64,000 nt of DNA from positions 83,080,001 through 83,144,000 of the forward strand of contig NC_043006.1 of the NCBI RefSeq assembly GCF_006345805.1. Direction: 5' to 3'. A model generated the notes under the pieces. It saw only the letters and a list, made by a program, of their open reading frames with translations, had not been told where the DNA came from and searched no databases. How positions within the stretch are numbered: the stretch's first letter is position 1; each line of letters opens with the position of its first letter. The DNA comes from Octopus sinensis (lineage: Eukaryota). The position numbers and the translations under genes were made by a program. Below are positions 24,992-38,361 of the stretch, piece after piece.

Positions 24992-26049
24992 GGTATATTG
25001 GTTGTTGTTATTGTTTTTGCCAAGGTCCAATATTAGCTATGCTTAGTCAAACCGATGATCAGAGGTATTCCAGCCTATATGTTTAAGGAATATGTTTAAG
25101 GAATAAGATGTGGTCTATGGAAATTTAACTGCTATTTCTAGAAAAAGAAAACGATCCACTTACAAATTCCCTCTGTTTATTCTGCGACGATTACAGCAAA
25201 AGGCAGTCTTGGTCGTCGTCGCCGACATCGCTGCTGCTGCTGCTGTTTAGCTCCAAGTGATCTCCGAATGAGCTAACCTATGATCAAAGGCATACCATCC
25301 GTAACGAATCTGTCTTTATTTCAAGCACAATATCTCTTCGGATTATAATATCAATATGCCCTATCTTCTTTTTTTATCCTTTTAAGATTGATGGAATGTT
25401 ATATGTGGAAAGCTTGAGTGCTATTTCTAATAGGTCGAGTGAAACACAGAACCACTCTCGTTTGATCTTAGGCAATGCCGTTTCAGTCAGAATGTAGCTA
25501 ACAGCTGCTGCGCCTCTGCACCTATTAACATATTTATTCAGACAAGGGCAGCGGGTTTACAGAAACAGTGAATAGTAATGTCCATTTACGTACTGAACTC
25601 AAAGTCGAGTCGGGGTCAGATTAGGGGCCAAATGAGCCTTTCATCTCTGCCCCCCAAAAAATTACATACCAGTAATGTAGTGCAACGGATTCTATTGGTT
25701 TGTGTCAACATTATCGGAATCGGTTAGGTTTATCAATCGGTAGTAACTGTTGATGTCGCACCGAATAACTTGTGGCTAAAAATGAAAAAAGAAAAAAATG
25801 GAGTGTCTTACTACCGATGTGATATATATATATATTTATATATATATGTGTGTGTGTGTGTGTGTGGAGGGTGCGTATGTGTGTGTGTATTAATTCATCT
25901 CCTCCATCTAAAACTACTGACCTCAACTTTGCTTTTCATCATTTCGGGAACGACGGAATAAGTACCACTTCAACACTGGGGTCGATGTAATTGACTTAGC
26001 CCCTCCCTGTAAATTGCTGGCCTTGTGCCAGCATTTGAAGCAATCGTTG

Positions 26050-26096
<47 letters not shown>

Positions 26097-26249
26097 GTTG
26101 TTGTTGTTGTTGTTGTTGTTATTATCATCATCATCATCATCATTATTATTATTGTTAAGGCGCCGAGTTGACTTTACCTTTCATTCTTTCGGGGTTGATA
26201 AAATAATTAGTAGTTGAGCAGGCCTTATACCTGTATTAAAAAGAATATT

Positions 26250-26287
<38 letters not shown>

Positions 26288-26464
26288 TATTTATGTGTAC
26301 GTATATATACAGATATATATATATATATACGCATATAATAATAATTACTATTGTGTGTACTCGTGTGTAGGTGTATATATATATATATTTTTTTTTTATC
26401 TATATATATATACATACATACATAAATGTTACACGCACTCACAATACGCTCACGCTCACACATG

Positions 26465-26568
<104 letters not shown>

Positions 26569-27047
26569 GTGTACAAGAGTTAAGAAATGGAGTAGATAAG
26601 ATCCGAGCAACATATACTTCATAGCGAACAGAAACTCAGAAGTGGTAGATATCCAAGCGAAGTGTATATTGCAGGTTACTTGTCAGGCCAAAGGTATCTT
26701 GATTGAATGAAAATCAAAATACCCTTGACCTGACTTTCTGTCTCAATAATCCACTATTGTCCCAGAAAGATGGGTTTTTTTTAATATTTACTACGGATTG
26801 CTTGAAGCTAACTTTCTTCTTACACCTCGTTCCTTGGAAATATATATCCTGACCACTTCCCAGACCCACATTTTCACACCTACACATACGCACATGCACA
26901 CGTTAAGGTCACCAGCCCTCTTCAACACGCACATACAAACTCTCTTATACACACGCACACACACCTTCATTTTGGAATCACCACCACTTTGTTATCTCCC
27001 CTTCTCCCTAACTCTCCTGTGTGACCCTTCTGTCCGGCCTTCGCCAT

Positions 27048-27225
27048 GATAGATCGCTAGCCACTACACATTCTTTATTTTCTCTCCTTGTTTCTTTCTG
27101 TGTCCCTGTCTGTGGAAGAGCTTAGGCTCGAAACGTTAAAAACTTTTTCACTTCCCGAGCGTTATGCTAATACATCTGTTTGTTATCTACACCACCTTTC
27201 TTTTGTTTTATTTTTTGTGAATTCT
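27048..27225 (+). mobile_element. Penelope-like terminal repeat with variant hammerhead motif (27105-27140)
   Basis: CUGUGGA a gagc uuag gcuc GAAA cg UU; homologous to 42235-42395. Confidence 0.6.
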
Positions 27226-27251
27226 CCCTATATACATATATATATATATAT

Positions 27252-27311
<60 letters not shown>

Positions 27312-27330
27312 GAATATATATATATATTCA

Positions 27331-27372
<42 letters not shown>

Positions 27373-27433
27373 TATTAAAATTGATAAAATCGTTATTATG
27401 TTTTAAATTAACGATCTTATCCTTATTTATATA

Positions 27434-27472
<39 letters not shown>

Positions 27473-27483
27473 TATATATATGT

Positions 27484-27652
27484 TTGAATAAAAGAAGGGT
27501 AAAAATACCGCTTGCCAAAGATGAAAGCGAGAGCTTCAAAAACCACAAATACTACGATAAATACGTGTATTCATCGTAGTATATGTGGTTTTTGAAGCTC
27601 TCGCTTTCATCTTTAGCAAGCGGAATCTTTTACCCTTCTTTTATTCAAATAT
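27484..27652. repeat. ~165-bp imperfect palindrome (fold-back element)
   Basis: tttgaataaaagaagggtaaaa..gatgaaagcgagagcttcaaaaccac mirrored by gtggtttttgaagctctcgctttcatc..ttttacccttcttttattcaaa; centre near 27563. Confidence 0.9.
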
Positions 27653-27729
27653 TTCATACTATACCTGCTTAGGTAGAAGTCTTGCTAGCCACCTCATTAT
27701 AATTGGTTTATCACTAATAAGAATTTTAT

Positions 27730-28272
27730 ATATTGCATTCCATATTGCTTAAGACGTTTTCAGGACAGACATTTAATCAATTCCAAAGTCCAAAACTCTA
27801 GTCTTCTTCAAAGTAGGATCCTCTGATTTCAATGCATTTGTCGCGCTCCAATCACTTTGTGATGACTCCATGAAAATGAAGGTGTCCAGGACCCTTGTCA
27901 TAGGCTCTCTCTTCTCAACGTTTTCAAAACGACTGCCCCAGACGTTCTCCTTTAGCTTGGGAAACAACCAAAAATCACAGGAAGCCAGGACTAGACTATA
28001 GGGAGAATGAGGGAGAGTTTTTGACGTCCATCTCTGTCAAGCAGTTGGTTACCGGGATGGAATGGTTTCAAGAAGTGTTTTGTAGGCCGTAACAAGCAGT
28101 GTTTAGCAGGGCTTGTGCAAAGTGATGTTACAGCCGTCTCCTTCAGTCTGGAATACAAAAAATGTTGGGAGATCAGTTTATTAGTTGTTTATTAAAGACA
28201 TACTAAAACTAAAACAGTTATAGCTGACTCGCGTAAAAAAAAAGTCTCAAAAGTTCTGGAACGCACCACGTA
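27730..28272 (-). mobile_element. Internally deleted mariner remnant
   Basis: LPHSPYSLVLASCDFWLFPKLKE (YSPDLAPxD-type motif); TIR-like tacgtggtgcgttccagaacttttgagact near 28243-28272. Confidence 0.7.
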
Positions 28273-28327
28273 CTTGTTATATATAGGTGAGTATTCGTGC
28301 TGGTGAGGTTGAATGGGTAGTGTGTCA

Positions 28328-28367
<40 letters not shown>

Positions 28368-28740
28368 GTGTGTGCGTGTGCGTGTGTGTGTGCGGCTGGA
28401 TGTATCTTAAGTATTTGGTAAATGTTGATCAAAATAGACCACATACAATGCAACTAATCAAATCACTGAGCCAGGCTTTCTAAACTTTTTAATAGCCTAT
28501 AACGCACAGTCTTCTAATTCACGGCCATAATTAGATATTGATGTCCAAGCTGTGAGAATCCAGTATGCAAAAGTCAGAATAAAGAATGGCTATTCCCCAG
28601 AGGTTTAACGTTTCTGAACATATCACTGGATAATACAAAAGAGATTAGACAATAGACGTTGCTGAAGGTATTGAATATCCGATGGTATTATTTAATTCCC
28701 TACTGGTTCATTTATTATCATAAAGGCTATACATACATGT

Positions 28741-28820
<80 letters not shown>

Positions 28821-28914
28821 GTTCACCAGTCAGTAACAGTAGACGGTGCCCGGCATAATAGATTAGGAGCTTTATTTGCATATTCAAAACGTTTCCCATT
28901 AATGAATTCAAAAG

Positions 28915-28945
<31 letters not shown>

Positions 28946-29059
28946 TGTATGTATGTATGTATGTACAGTGTATTAGAACTAAATTTAATAATTAGTATAT
29001 GTGGAAAAGAGAACACAATAACTCATACAAAAATAGAAGTATTTTTTAAAAAATTAACT

Positions 29060-29490
29060 AGATGATGGTTGAGAAATAACAGTTTACTCAAAGCAGCCGC
29101 CCTCCACTCCCTTCACAGCCTCAAGAGACCTTCGGGATGTGGTGCATGCGTTCCTTAGTGAGTCCCTAGGAATTTCTTCGAATAGCTCCTTGATGGTGGT
29201 CACCAACTCGGCCTTTGTGTTGCAACCTTGCACCACACATAGTAATCCGTGGGATTACAATCGGGAAGGTTGGGAAGTCGAGGAGTTGAGGAAGCCAGAC
29301 ATTGTGGCTGGTGAAGTCGTAGGAATTTTCCGACAACCAATTCTGACTTTACCCTTATCTATAGAAATGAGCTGTATTTGATCTTCCAGCTGCCACATTT
29401 GACATTCCAGCATCTTCACATAACCGCCTGAATTGAGTCCCTTTTCAAAGATGTAGGGCGGCATGATATCACCCACAATGGGGACACACC
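29060..29490 (-). mobile_element. Tc1/mariner superfamily transposase remnant, probably maT (DD37D) type
   Basis: [50 protein letters not shown]; frameshifted. Subfamily call is from memory of motifs. Confidence 0.65.
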
Positions 29491-29495
29491 CAAAG

Positions 29496-29595
<100 letters not shown>

Positions 29596-29597
29596 GT

Positions 29598-29900
29598 GGA
29601 GGCGCAATGGCCCAGTGGTTAGAGCAGCGGACTAGCGGTCGTAGGATCGCAGTGTCGATTTCCAGACCGGGTGTTGTGGGTGTTTATTGAGCGAAAACAC
29701 CTAAAAGCTCCACGAATCTCCGGCAGGGCGTGGTGATCCCTGCTGTACTCTTTCACCACTCTTTCTCCCACTCTTTCTTCTGTTGGCCTGCTCGCTTAGC
29801 CAGCGGGGTGGCGTCATTCGAAAGCAAAACAATGCGAACGCATTGTGACCAGCGATGTGTAACAACATCTGATGGTCTGGTCGGTCACGTGATCACGTGA
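29598..29900 (+). mobile_element. tRNA-derived SINE family C with tail C1
   Basis: A box tggcccagtgg, B-box-like gtgtcgatttcc, tail gcttagccagcggggtggcgtcattcg..gtgaccagcgatgtg..ggtcggtcacgtga. A near-identical copy lies at 46376-46675 and a tail-only copy at 37400-37525 (minus). Confidence 0.85.
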
Positions 29901-29909
29901 TATATAATA

Positions 29910-29949
<40 letters not shown>

Positions 29950-30646
29950 CACACACATACATACATACATACATACATACATGTATGTATGTATATATGC
30001 TGTATATATGCATATATGCATAGGCATATGTACAATCACATATACATACGCAAATATATATATATATCTTTCAACATGAGGCACAGTATTCGGGCAGCCC
30101 AACCAGGATTTATCAATACCCTGCCAGTGTCGAGTTAGCACTACCTCAAGCAGTAGTTCTTCCAGGGCTCACACCTGATCTACCCACCACCTTATAGATA
30201 CCTCTACTACCAACATAACCGACATGATGCCTTTCCACCTATTCTTATGCTTAGCTTCTAGTAGACTTTGCAGAGGGATAGTCCAGCGGACACTCTGCGT
30301 CCTATTTGAATGGGGTCATCTCTTGACCTTTGTTCAGCAACATTTTTTCTATGGTGGTAGGGTAGTGGGAGATTTAACTTCACCAACTCACCCGCTTCTA
30401 ACCTTTTCCTTTCGTTTGCTTCCATACTACAGTCTTGTATGTCTATGAGCGAGCCCATGTGTGTGTATGTGTGTGTGCGCGTGCAACGCGAGTGCATACA
30501 CACACATATATATATATGTATGTTCGTAGAGTGATGAATATATGCGTATGTACATTTTTCAAAATGGTGAAATTAATTCGCGCACTATATTATTACCCTA
30601 CCTATTCTGGTACTAGTGCCACTTACATTCAAAAACATAGGACTCT

Positions 30647-30678
<32 letters not shown>

Positions 30679-31177
30679 CTGTGTGTACGTTTATAGAGAT
30701 AGTCCTCACGTTAGAGGCATACAACTTACGAACATCCATAGTTAGAAAAAACTTCGTAAATCCTATTAAATTAATTATATTGGTTTCAAGTTTTGGCATA
30801 GAACCACCAATTTCGATCGCATTGCTTGACTGGCACTGATTTAATTGACCTCCAAAGGATTAAAAAAAAAGTAATGCCGACCTCGGATGAATTCGAACAC
30901 AGATAGTAAAGACTAACGAAATGCCGTTATATATTTTTATCCAACGAGCTAACGATGTTGCCAGCTCGCCGCCATGTTAGATTTGTTACATTAGAAACAC
31001 TAGAAGGTTGCCATTTGACGTTTCACGTTGGGAATATACTATTGCAAGTCTGAGTAGTGTGTAGTAACGCTGTATGGCTACAACATTTATAAATCTAGTT
31101 TTTTTTTAATTACATGATACTAACACGAAATGAAACGATTACTAATTTTCAAAAAACAAAAATTAAATCATAATTGG

Positions 31178-31400
31178 GATCTTTACCTTTAGACCGGCAG
31201 ATCGAAAAATTAATTTTTTGTAACTAAACACTTTCAAACTTCGTATACTGGTAGAATGTGTCATATAAAACATATTTTACTCTTAGCGTTTTTAAGAAAA
31301 GTTTATATTTACGAAGTTATCCCGTGTTCAAGTTGTCGTATTTCGGTAATTTCAACCAATCAATGACGTGTATTCAGCTGAATAAAATTACTGTCAAAAA
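31178..31400 (+). mobile_element. Truncated MITE related to 21309-21721
   Basis: gggatctttacctttagaccggcag start; shared aaacttcgtatactg.tagaatgtg and aatttcaaccaatca.tgacgt. Confidence 0.7.
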
Positions 31401-32180
31401 CAACTATCATAAAGAGTCTTAAGGTTGCTTTTGACAGCATCCCTAAAACGTTTCTTAGGATTATGTCTCGGACGCTGCAACTCCCCGTAAAACAACTGCT
31501 TCCGCAACCTGCCATCCTGCATCCTAGCAAGGTATCCAACCCAACGCATATGATTGTGTATGCGGATCATTTCAATACTGGATGTGTTAGGTTGCTGAAG
31601 AACAACGGTGCCTGGTGTTAAAGACTTCTATTTGAAATCTAGTATCTTCCTTAGGCAAGTCTGATGGAATCTTTCTAATGCCTTAATGTGGCGCCGATAT
31701 GTCGTCCAGGTCTCAGAAGAGTACAGGTGGACCGTTAAAATGCAAGATTCATAGATACTAAGCTTGGTTTTGAAGTTGATACCTCTATCAAACCACAAGC
31801 GATTTTTAAGCCTTCCAAATGCTTTGCTGGCTTTTTCAATTCTTAGGTTTATTTCAGAATCAAGGGATCCATCTCTAGAGAGAGTGCTGCGATGGTAGAT
31901 GAAGGAGTCGACCACATCTAATCTTGTACCTTGGGCGAATATGTTTGGTTCCACATAAGGGTGGAATGGTGACTGAGAGAACACGATCTTTATTTTCTGT
32001 GGACTGATGGAAAGTCCAAAAGCAATACAACCGCTAGAGAAGAGATCCAATATAGCCTGCTTGTCCTCCTCGGTGTGAGCAACGAGAACTACATCATCAG
32101 CAAAAAGGAACAACAATGGCCGGGAGGGTCTTCGACTTCATATTAAGCCTTTTAACATCAAAAACCTTACCTGCGGTTCT
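31400..32180 (-). pseudogene. RTE-clade LINE reverse transcriptase fragment
   Basis: FLFADDVVLVAH..RIEKASKAFGRL..LYSSETWTTYRRHIKALERFHQTCLRKI, then MRWVGYLARMQDGRLRKQLFYGEL..PKKRFRDAVKSNLK. Confidence 0.85.
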
Positions 32181-32500
32181 GAAGTGGTAAGTAGCTTGCT
32201 TACCAAACACATGGTCCTAGTTTCAGTCCCACTGCGTGGCACTTTGGGCAAGTGTCATCTACTATAGCTTCGGGTCTACCAAAGACCTGTGAGTGGATTT
32301 GGTAGACGGAAACTGAAAGAAGCCCGTCGTATATATATTTATGTGTGTGTGTTTACATCCCCGTAACTTAGCGGTTCGGCAAAAGAGGCCGATAGAATAA
32401 GTACTGGGCTTACAAAGAATAAGTCATGGGGTCGGTTTTTTCGTTTAAATCCAGTGCTCCAGCATGGCCGCAGTCAAATGACTGAAACAAATAAAAAGAA
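32180..32500 (+). mobile_element. CORE-type SINE family D, head plus internal (TA)(TG) plus tail
   Basis: gtggtaagtagcttgc..cccactgcgtggcactttgggcaagtg..ggaaactgaaagaagcccgtcg(ta)n(tg)n..ccccgtaacttagcggttcggc..gcatggccgcagtcaaatgactgaaac. A second full copy lies at 55328-55730. Confidence 0.8.
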
Positions 32501-32541
32501 TATATATATTCATAGATAGACGGATAGATAGATTATTAGAC

Positions 32542-32625
<84 letters not shown>

Positions 32626-32850
32626 AATAGATAGATATGTGGGATTATGCCCGTGTTCTTGTGTTTGTCCCCTACACAACTTGTCAGCCGGTGATGGCTT
32701 CATTTCGAGTGTATTTGTGCACGTGTGTGTGTGTACAGATGTATGTACGCGTCTATGTATGTAAGCATCTATGTATGTATGTATGTATGTATGTATGTAT
32801 GTATGTATGTATGTATGTATGTATCTCACATATCTATCTATTTATCTATC

Positions 32851-32882
<32 letters not shown>

Positions 32883-33884
32883 GTGTGTGTGTATGTATGT
32901 ATGTATGTATGTATGTATGTATATATGTATGTATGTATGTTTGTGTGTAAGTATGTGTGCATGTATACATGTATGCAAATGTGTTCTCCTACACAATAAC
33001 CACATCGGCAACAACAGTAGATGATATAGCAACGATAACAACAAAAAGTTCAACAACACCGGCAACAAAGTAGACTTTAATTGTCAATTATTAACAAAGC
33101 AAGCAAGATAATTTTGAATCGTCTGACCTGGAAGAGATTTTCTAGCTTCCGGAACATTTAGGGCTCCCCCCATTTCCAGTGCCCAACAACAACAGAAAAT
33201 AAGGTCAAATAACAGAGAGTGTGTTGTTAACTGAAAAACAAAATAATTGTTTTGGGAATATTTATTCGATTGTCTTATAATGACTGGTAGAAAATGGTTT
33301 TTGATTCGCTATTGGAACTAGACGAAAGGATTAGCCGGCGCGAATTGGTAACAAGTGAAGGAAATAAACGTTAGCAGGTCAGACAAAAATCAAAATGGCG
33401 TGACCGACACGGGACAAAATGGTAGACATGTAGGTGCCGTGCGAAAGACAGGCCGGATAGGATGAAAATTTAGACGGACTGGTGCCTGTTCGTGAAGGAA
33501 AAAAAGTTAAATTGCTTCTGATAAGAGATATAATATTGTATTCTAAATGGATTTTGAAATACGTAAAATGAAAATAATTATAAAGAGTTGTGGCAGAGTT
33601 AATAATTTTCAAAGACCGGGTGAGAGGGATAGATGGATAGATAAAGACAAACACAGAGAAAAGGGAACGAGTGTCAGCGAAAGTGTAAGAGAGAGAGACG
33701 GAAAGAGAAAAAAAGGAAAGAGAGAGCGTGAGAGAAGGGGTGTTAGGTATTGGTTTTTCTGAGCAAATATCTGGTACTGAATTATATATAGTTCCGGTCA
33801 AAATTCTAAATACATTGTGTGGCAAAAGACCCTCCTATTTGCCAATCTCAACTGTAAACACTTGGTATGTACCGGCTCAAACTA

Positions 33885-35164
33885 TTAGGCTGAGTAAAAA
33901 GTAAGCAGCGTTTTGAAACATGAAATTCATCACAATATATTTTAACAATGCGGACATTTTATTCATCAATATAAGTATCATTACAATCAATACATTTTTG
34001 CCAACGAGTTACAAGTTTGCTTATTCCGATAACATAAAAATCTGGAGTTCTGGAGCTGATGAACTCTTTGAACGCACTTTCAGCATCGGTTTGATTTTTA
34101 AATTCCTTCTCTCGCAGGAAATCATCAAGGTGCTTGAAAAAGTGGTAGTCGGTAGGAGAAAGTTCTGGGGAATAAGTTGAGTGGGGAAGAACCTCATAGC
34201 CAAGTTCCATCAACTTCTGGAGCGACATTAGTGAAATGTGTGGTCGAGCATTGTCGGGAAGAATGATTGGCTCTCTTCTGGTGACCAGTCTGGGATGGAG
34301 GAGTAACAGTTTTTCGTTCATTTTGGCAATTTCATGGCAATATGTTTCCACAATAATGGCTTTTCCAGGTTTTAAGAAGTTATAGTGGATGATTTCATCA
34401 GTATACCATTAAACAGTCACCATAACTTTCGTTTTTAAGAGCTCGGGTTTAGGGAAAGTTTTCGGTGATTCATTTTGGTCCAACCACAGCAAAGAACGTT
34501 TTCTATTATTGTACAGAATCCACTTTTCATCGTAAGTTACAATACGGTCGAGAAATGGTTCTGCCTGGTTACGGAGAAGAAGCGACGATAAATTTCATAT
34601 TTGCACGTTTCTGATTTTCATTCAAATTATGTGGTACCCATTTGTCGAGATTTTTTGATTTTCCAATCGCATGCAAATGGTTCCATGCAGTTTTCTGGCT
34701 AACTTAAAGTTCTTTTGCCAGTTCACAAGTGATTTTACGTAGACCTTTCTCAATGACGGTCTTTATTTAACCGTCATTGATGACAGATGGTCGTCCACTA
34801 CCCTCACGATCTTCAAGACTCAGGTATCCACTGTGAAATCGTTTAAACCATTTTCGAGCTGACCATTCACCGGTCATTACCTCATCACACGTTTCGTTGA
34901 TATCGCGAGCAGTTTCAGCTGCTTTACGTCCTTTTTTGAAGTTGAATAGCAAAATTGCTCGAATATCGCACTTTGACAGTTCTATCTCAGATGATTGTGG
35001 CAACAGTGTAAAAAAATCAACGTTAATTTATTGATGCATTTCTGCAAATCTTATTATCAGACAATTGCAAAAAAAAAAATTGTTTTAAAAAATACAAGAC
35101 TCTGCAAAAATCAGATATGAATTCTTCATGGTTCAAAATGTTGCTTACCTTTTACTCAACATGA
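33885..35164 (-). mobile_element. Full-length (1280 bp) decayed mariner DNA transposon
   Basis: 32-bp TIRs ttaggctgagtaaaaagtaagcagcgttttga / tcaaaatgttgcttaccttttactcaacatga, with TA on both sides. Confidence 0.9.
33959..35003 (-). pseudogene. Mariner DD34D transposase, disrupted
   Basis: HTH IRAILLFNFKKGRKAAETARDIN, GRPS, IVTYDEKWI, ILPDNARPH, YSPELSPTDYHFFK; 34 residues between the second and third Asp; stops and shifts in the middle. Confidence 0.9.
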
Positions 35165-35339
35165 TATGATAGTAGCTAAAAATAAAATTTCAAGAAAAAC
35201 GATAAAACATTAGCTACACGGTAACAAAATTACCAACTATCTAAATTCACGACTGCTACATCAAAAGCCGGGTAAAATATTCCATTCCACACTGTGTCGT
35301 TTCTTTCATTCTATAATGCATATTTTGAATCATTCATAT

Positions 35340-35575
35340 GGGTTTTAAATTTGGGCACAAAGCCAGCAGTTTCGTGGGTTAAGGGGCTACGTCGGTTACT
35401 TACACTGGGTTCGATGTAACCAATCCCAGTGCTGAGCTGGTAGTTATTTTATCAATTCCGAAGGGATGAAGGGCAAAGTCTACCTCGGCAGAATTTGAAC
35501 CCCGAACTTGCAGACGGATGATGCGTCGCTAAGCACTTTGCCTGGCGTGCTAACGATTCTGCCTGCTCACCGCCT
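35340..35575 (-). mobile_element. SINE family A with the non-Tx1 tail
   Basis: Body plus tail ending ..aactgctggctttgtgcccaaatttaaaac. Confidence 0.75.
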
Positions 35576-35639
35576 TTTTCAGTCATTCATATTTCTTACA
35601 AAAAATTGGCATTCCCGCATTCTTCCATTTCTAGCATTA

Positions 35640-35950
35640 GGAGGCGCAATGGCCCAGTGGTTAGGGCAGCGGACTCGCGGTCGGAGGATCGTAGTTTTGA
35701 TTCCCAGACTGGGCGTTGTGTGCGCTTATTGAGCGAAAACACCTAAAGCTCCACGCGGCTCCGGCAGAGGGTGGTGGCGATCCCTGCTATACTCTTTCGC
35801 CCCAACTTTCTCTCACTCTTTCTTTCTGTTTCTTGGGTAACGCTGCGATGGACTGGCGTCCCGTCCAGCTGGAGGGAACACATACGCCACAGAAACCGGG
35901 AAACCGGGCCCATGAGCCTGGCTAGGATTGAAAAGGGCGCATAAATAAAA
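35640..35950 (+). mobile_element. SINE family C head with tail C2
   Basis: Same head as 29598, but continues gctgcgatggactggcgtcccgtccagctgg..accgggaaaccgggcccatgagcctggctagg. Confidence 0.8.
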
Positions 35951-36264
35951 TAATATTTCTTGCATTATCATCTTTTAGTCGCAGTCATTGACTCAGGTGA
36001 ACTTCAAAGACTCAGGTGATGACGAAAAAGAAGAAGAAGAAAAAGATGATGATGATGATGATGATGATAAAATTTACTAGACAAGTAGAAGAGAAGGTGA
36101 TGCCAACGTAATAAATTAAAAGAGTTGTTAGTCACAATACAAGCCCTAATAATAAATTAGTCTCAATCGTATAGACATTCTGTCTACTGTCAAACATATT
36201 TTCTTTTCATTTCTTGTTTATATAGGTGTGTGTGTGTGTGTATGTGTGCATAGATATATGTATG

Positions 36265-36309
<45 letters not shown>

Positions 36310-36324
36310 TATATATAAATAAAT

Positions 36325-36362
<38 letters not shown>

Positions 36363-37263
36363 TATATATATATATATATATACATACATACATGCATGCA
36401 TACATAAATACATATATACATACATTTATAGATACATACACACACTCACACACACACACTCACACCACACACACACATACACACACACACACACACACAA
36501 TTCTTCACATGCTAGGTTTGGCAAATGTCCAAGATTTTCTTTTTCTTCACCCATTTCACTAAAAAGGGGTACGAATTAGGAAATATAACCTAATTAACTT
36601 ATACATGTAATGTAATTAAATACTAAATCGCCGCATCTCTTTATACGGACCGGTAAATAAATAAACATACAGACGATATCAGTAAATGATATTTCAAAAA
36701 TATTGTTCTTGAATATTCTTGGGGGAGAATGAAAAAAAAATGCTGTTGGTTGGGGAGAAAAATATTGATTTCTATTACTGGGGCAATGTGAGTGTTGACG
36801 AGTGAAGATGTGAAGTTGCTTCATACGACTCGAGCATATGCACACCAGCTATTTATACTATCGACCCCAGAGAAATGAAAGTTAGAGTCAACTTCGGTAC
36901 CTTGGAATTGCCACCCACTCACTCACGTTTCATGAATATTAATTCCAAACATGAAAGACTTACTAAATTATCTTCATAGTTTGTAGCGACTTTCTTCCAC
37001 TAGACACACGCACTGGCACACACACACGCACACACACATGCACACACACATCCATACATGAAGTGATATATAACGTCAGAGGATTTCAGCAGTAAGATGA
37101 AACTATTACTAATATATTAAATATTTACTAGATGTATAAGACTAATTTATTTTCCCGTTCTACGAAAAATTACCGTTTGCAAACACGCTACTGACCACTT
37201 ACTTACCCGTGCGCGTGGCTATGTGGTAAAAATCTTTTTTCCTAACAGCACTGTTCCGAGTTC

Positions 37264-37378
<115 letters not shown>

Positions 37379-37536
37379 TGTGTGTGTGTGGTGTGTGTGT
37401 ATGTATGTATCACCGTGACCGACCAGGCCTTCAGATGTTGCTACACATCGCTGGTCACAATGCGCTTCACATGTTTTAGCCTTCAAATGACGCCACCCGC
37501 TGGCTAAGCGAGCAGGCCAGGCCATTATATATATAA

Positions 37537-37581
<45 letters not shown>

Positions 37582-37681
37582 TATATATATATTATATAAT
37601 AATAATAATAATAATAATAAATAAGAAGAAGAAGAGAAGAAGAAGAAGAAGAAGAAGAAGAAGAAGAAGAGAAGAGAAAGA

Positions 37682-38290
37682 GAAGAAGGAATATATTCAC
37701 AGACATGACAGAGTTGGAACCTACATACACTGGAAGCTATGCCAACATTATGAATAACAACAGAAAAAGATGGTATAGGCACACACCAGAAAAGGTCACA
37801 GAAAACGAGAAAGCAACCATACTCTGGGATATGCCGATACACATAGATAGAGAAATTAAGGCCAACAGACCAGATATAGTTGTCAGAGATCATGAAGAAA
37901 AAAAATGCTTTCTAATTGTTGTATCAATACCGGCAGATGACAACGTGTCTCTAAAAGAAATGGAGAAACTTTCAAAATACAAAGACCTGGAAATAGAGGT
38001 AAACAGAATGTGGAATCTAAAAACAGAAACAATTCCTATCATAGTAGGTGCATTAGGCATGATAAAAAAATATTCAGACAAATACATAACAAAAACACCA
38101 GGACTTACAAACACAAACACAAACACAACATACAGAAAATTGCACTACTAGGCACTGCACACATCCTACGCAGAACACTTTCCATACAATAACCATCAGA
38201 GCATCACAACAAATCACAGCACATACCCAAGGCACACAGAGCTGCGCTCGGTAGTGAAGTGAAAGCACGCTATAAAAATAAAACTACTGA
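37682..38290 (+). mobile_element. 5'-truncated R4/Dong-type RLE non-LTR retrotransposon
   Basis: EYIHRHDRVG..IHWKLC, WYRHTPEKV, ILWDMPIHIDREIKANRPDIVV (PD-D/ExK), KLSKYKDLEIE, IPIIVGALG, LLGTAHILRRTL, stop 38190-38192, ~100-nt 3' UTR; (TAA)n on both sides. Confidence 0.85.
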
Positions 38291-38316
38291 ATAATAATAA
38301 TGATAATAATAAAATA

Positions 38317-38361
<45 letters not shown>

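Noticed and set aside
29598-29680. tRNA-like sequences at SINE heads (also 35640, 46376, 5558, 59378)
   Set aside because: A and B boxes are present but there is no matching acceptor stem, and each runs into a SINE body; these are SINE heads, not tRNA genes.
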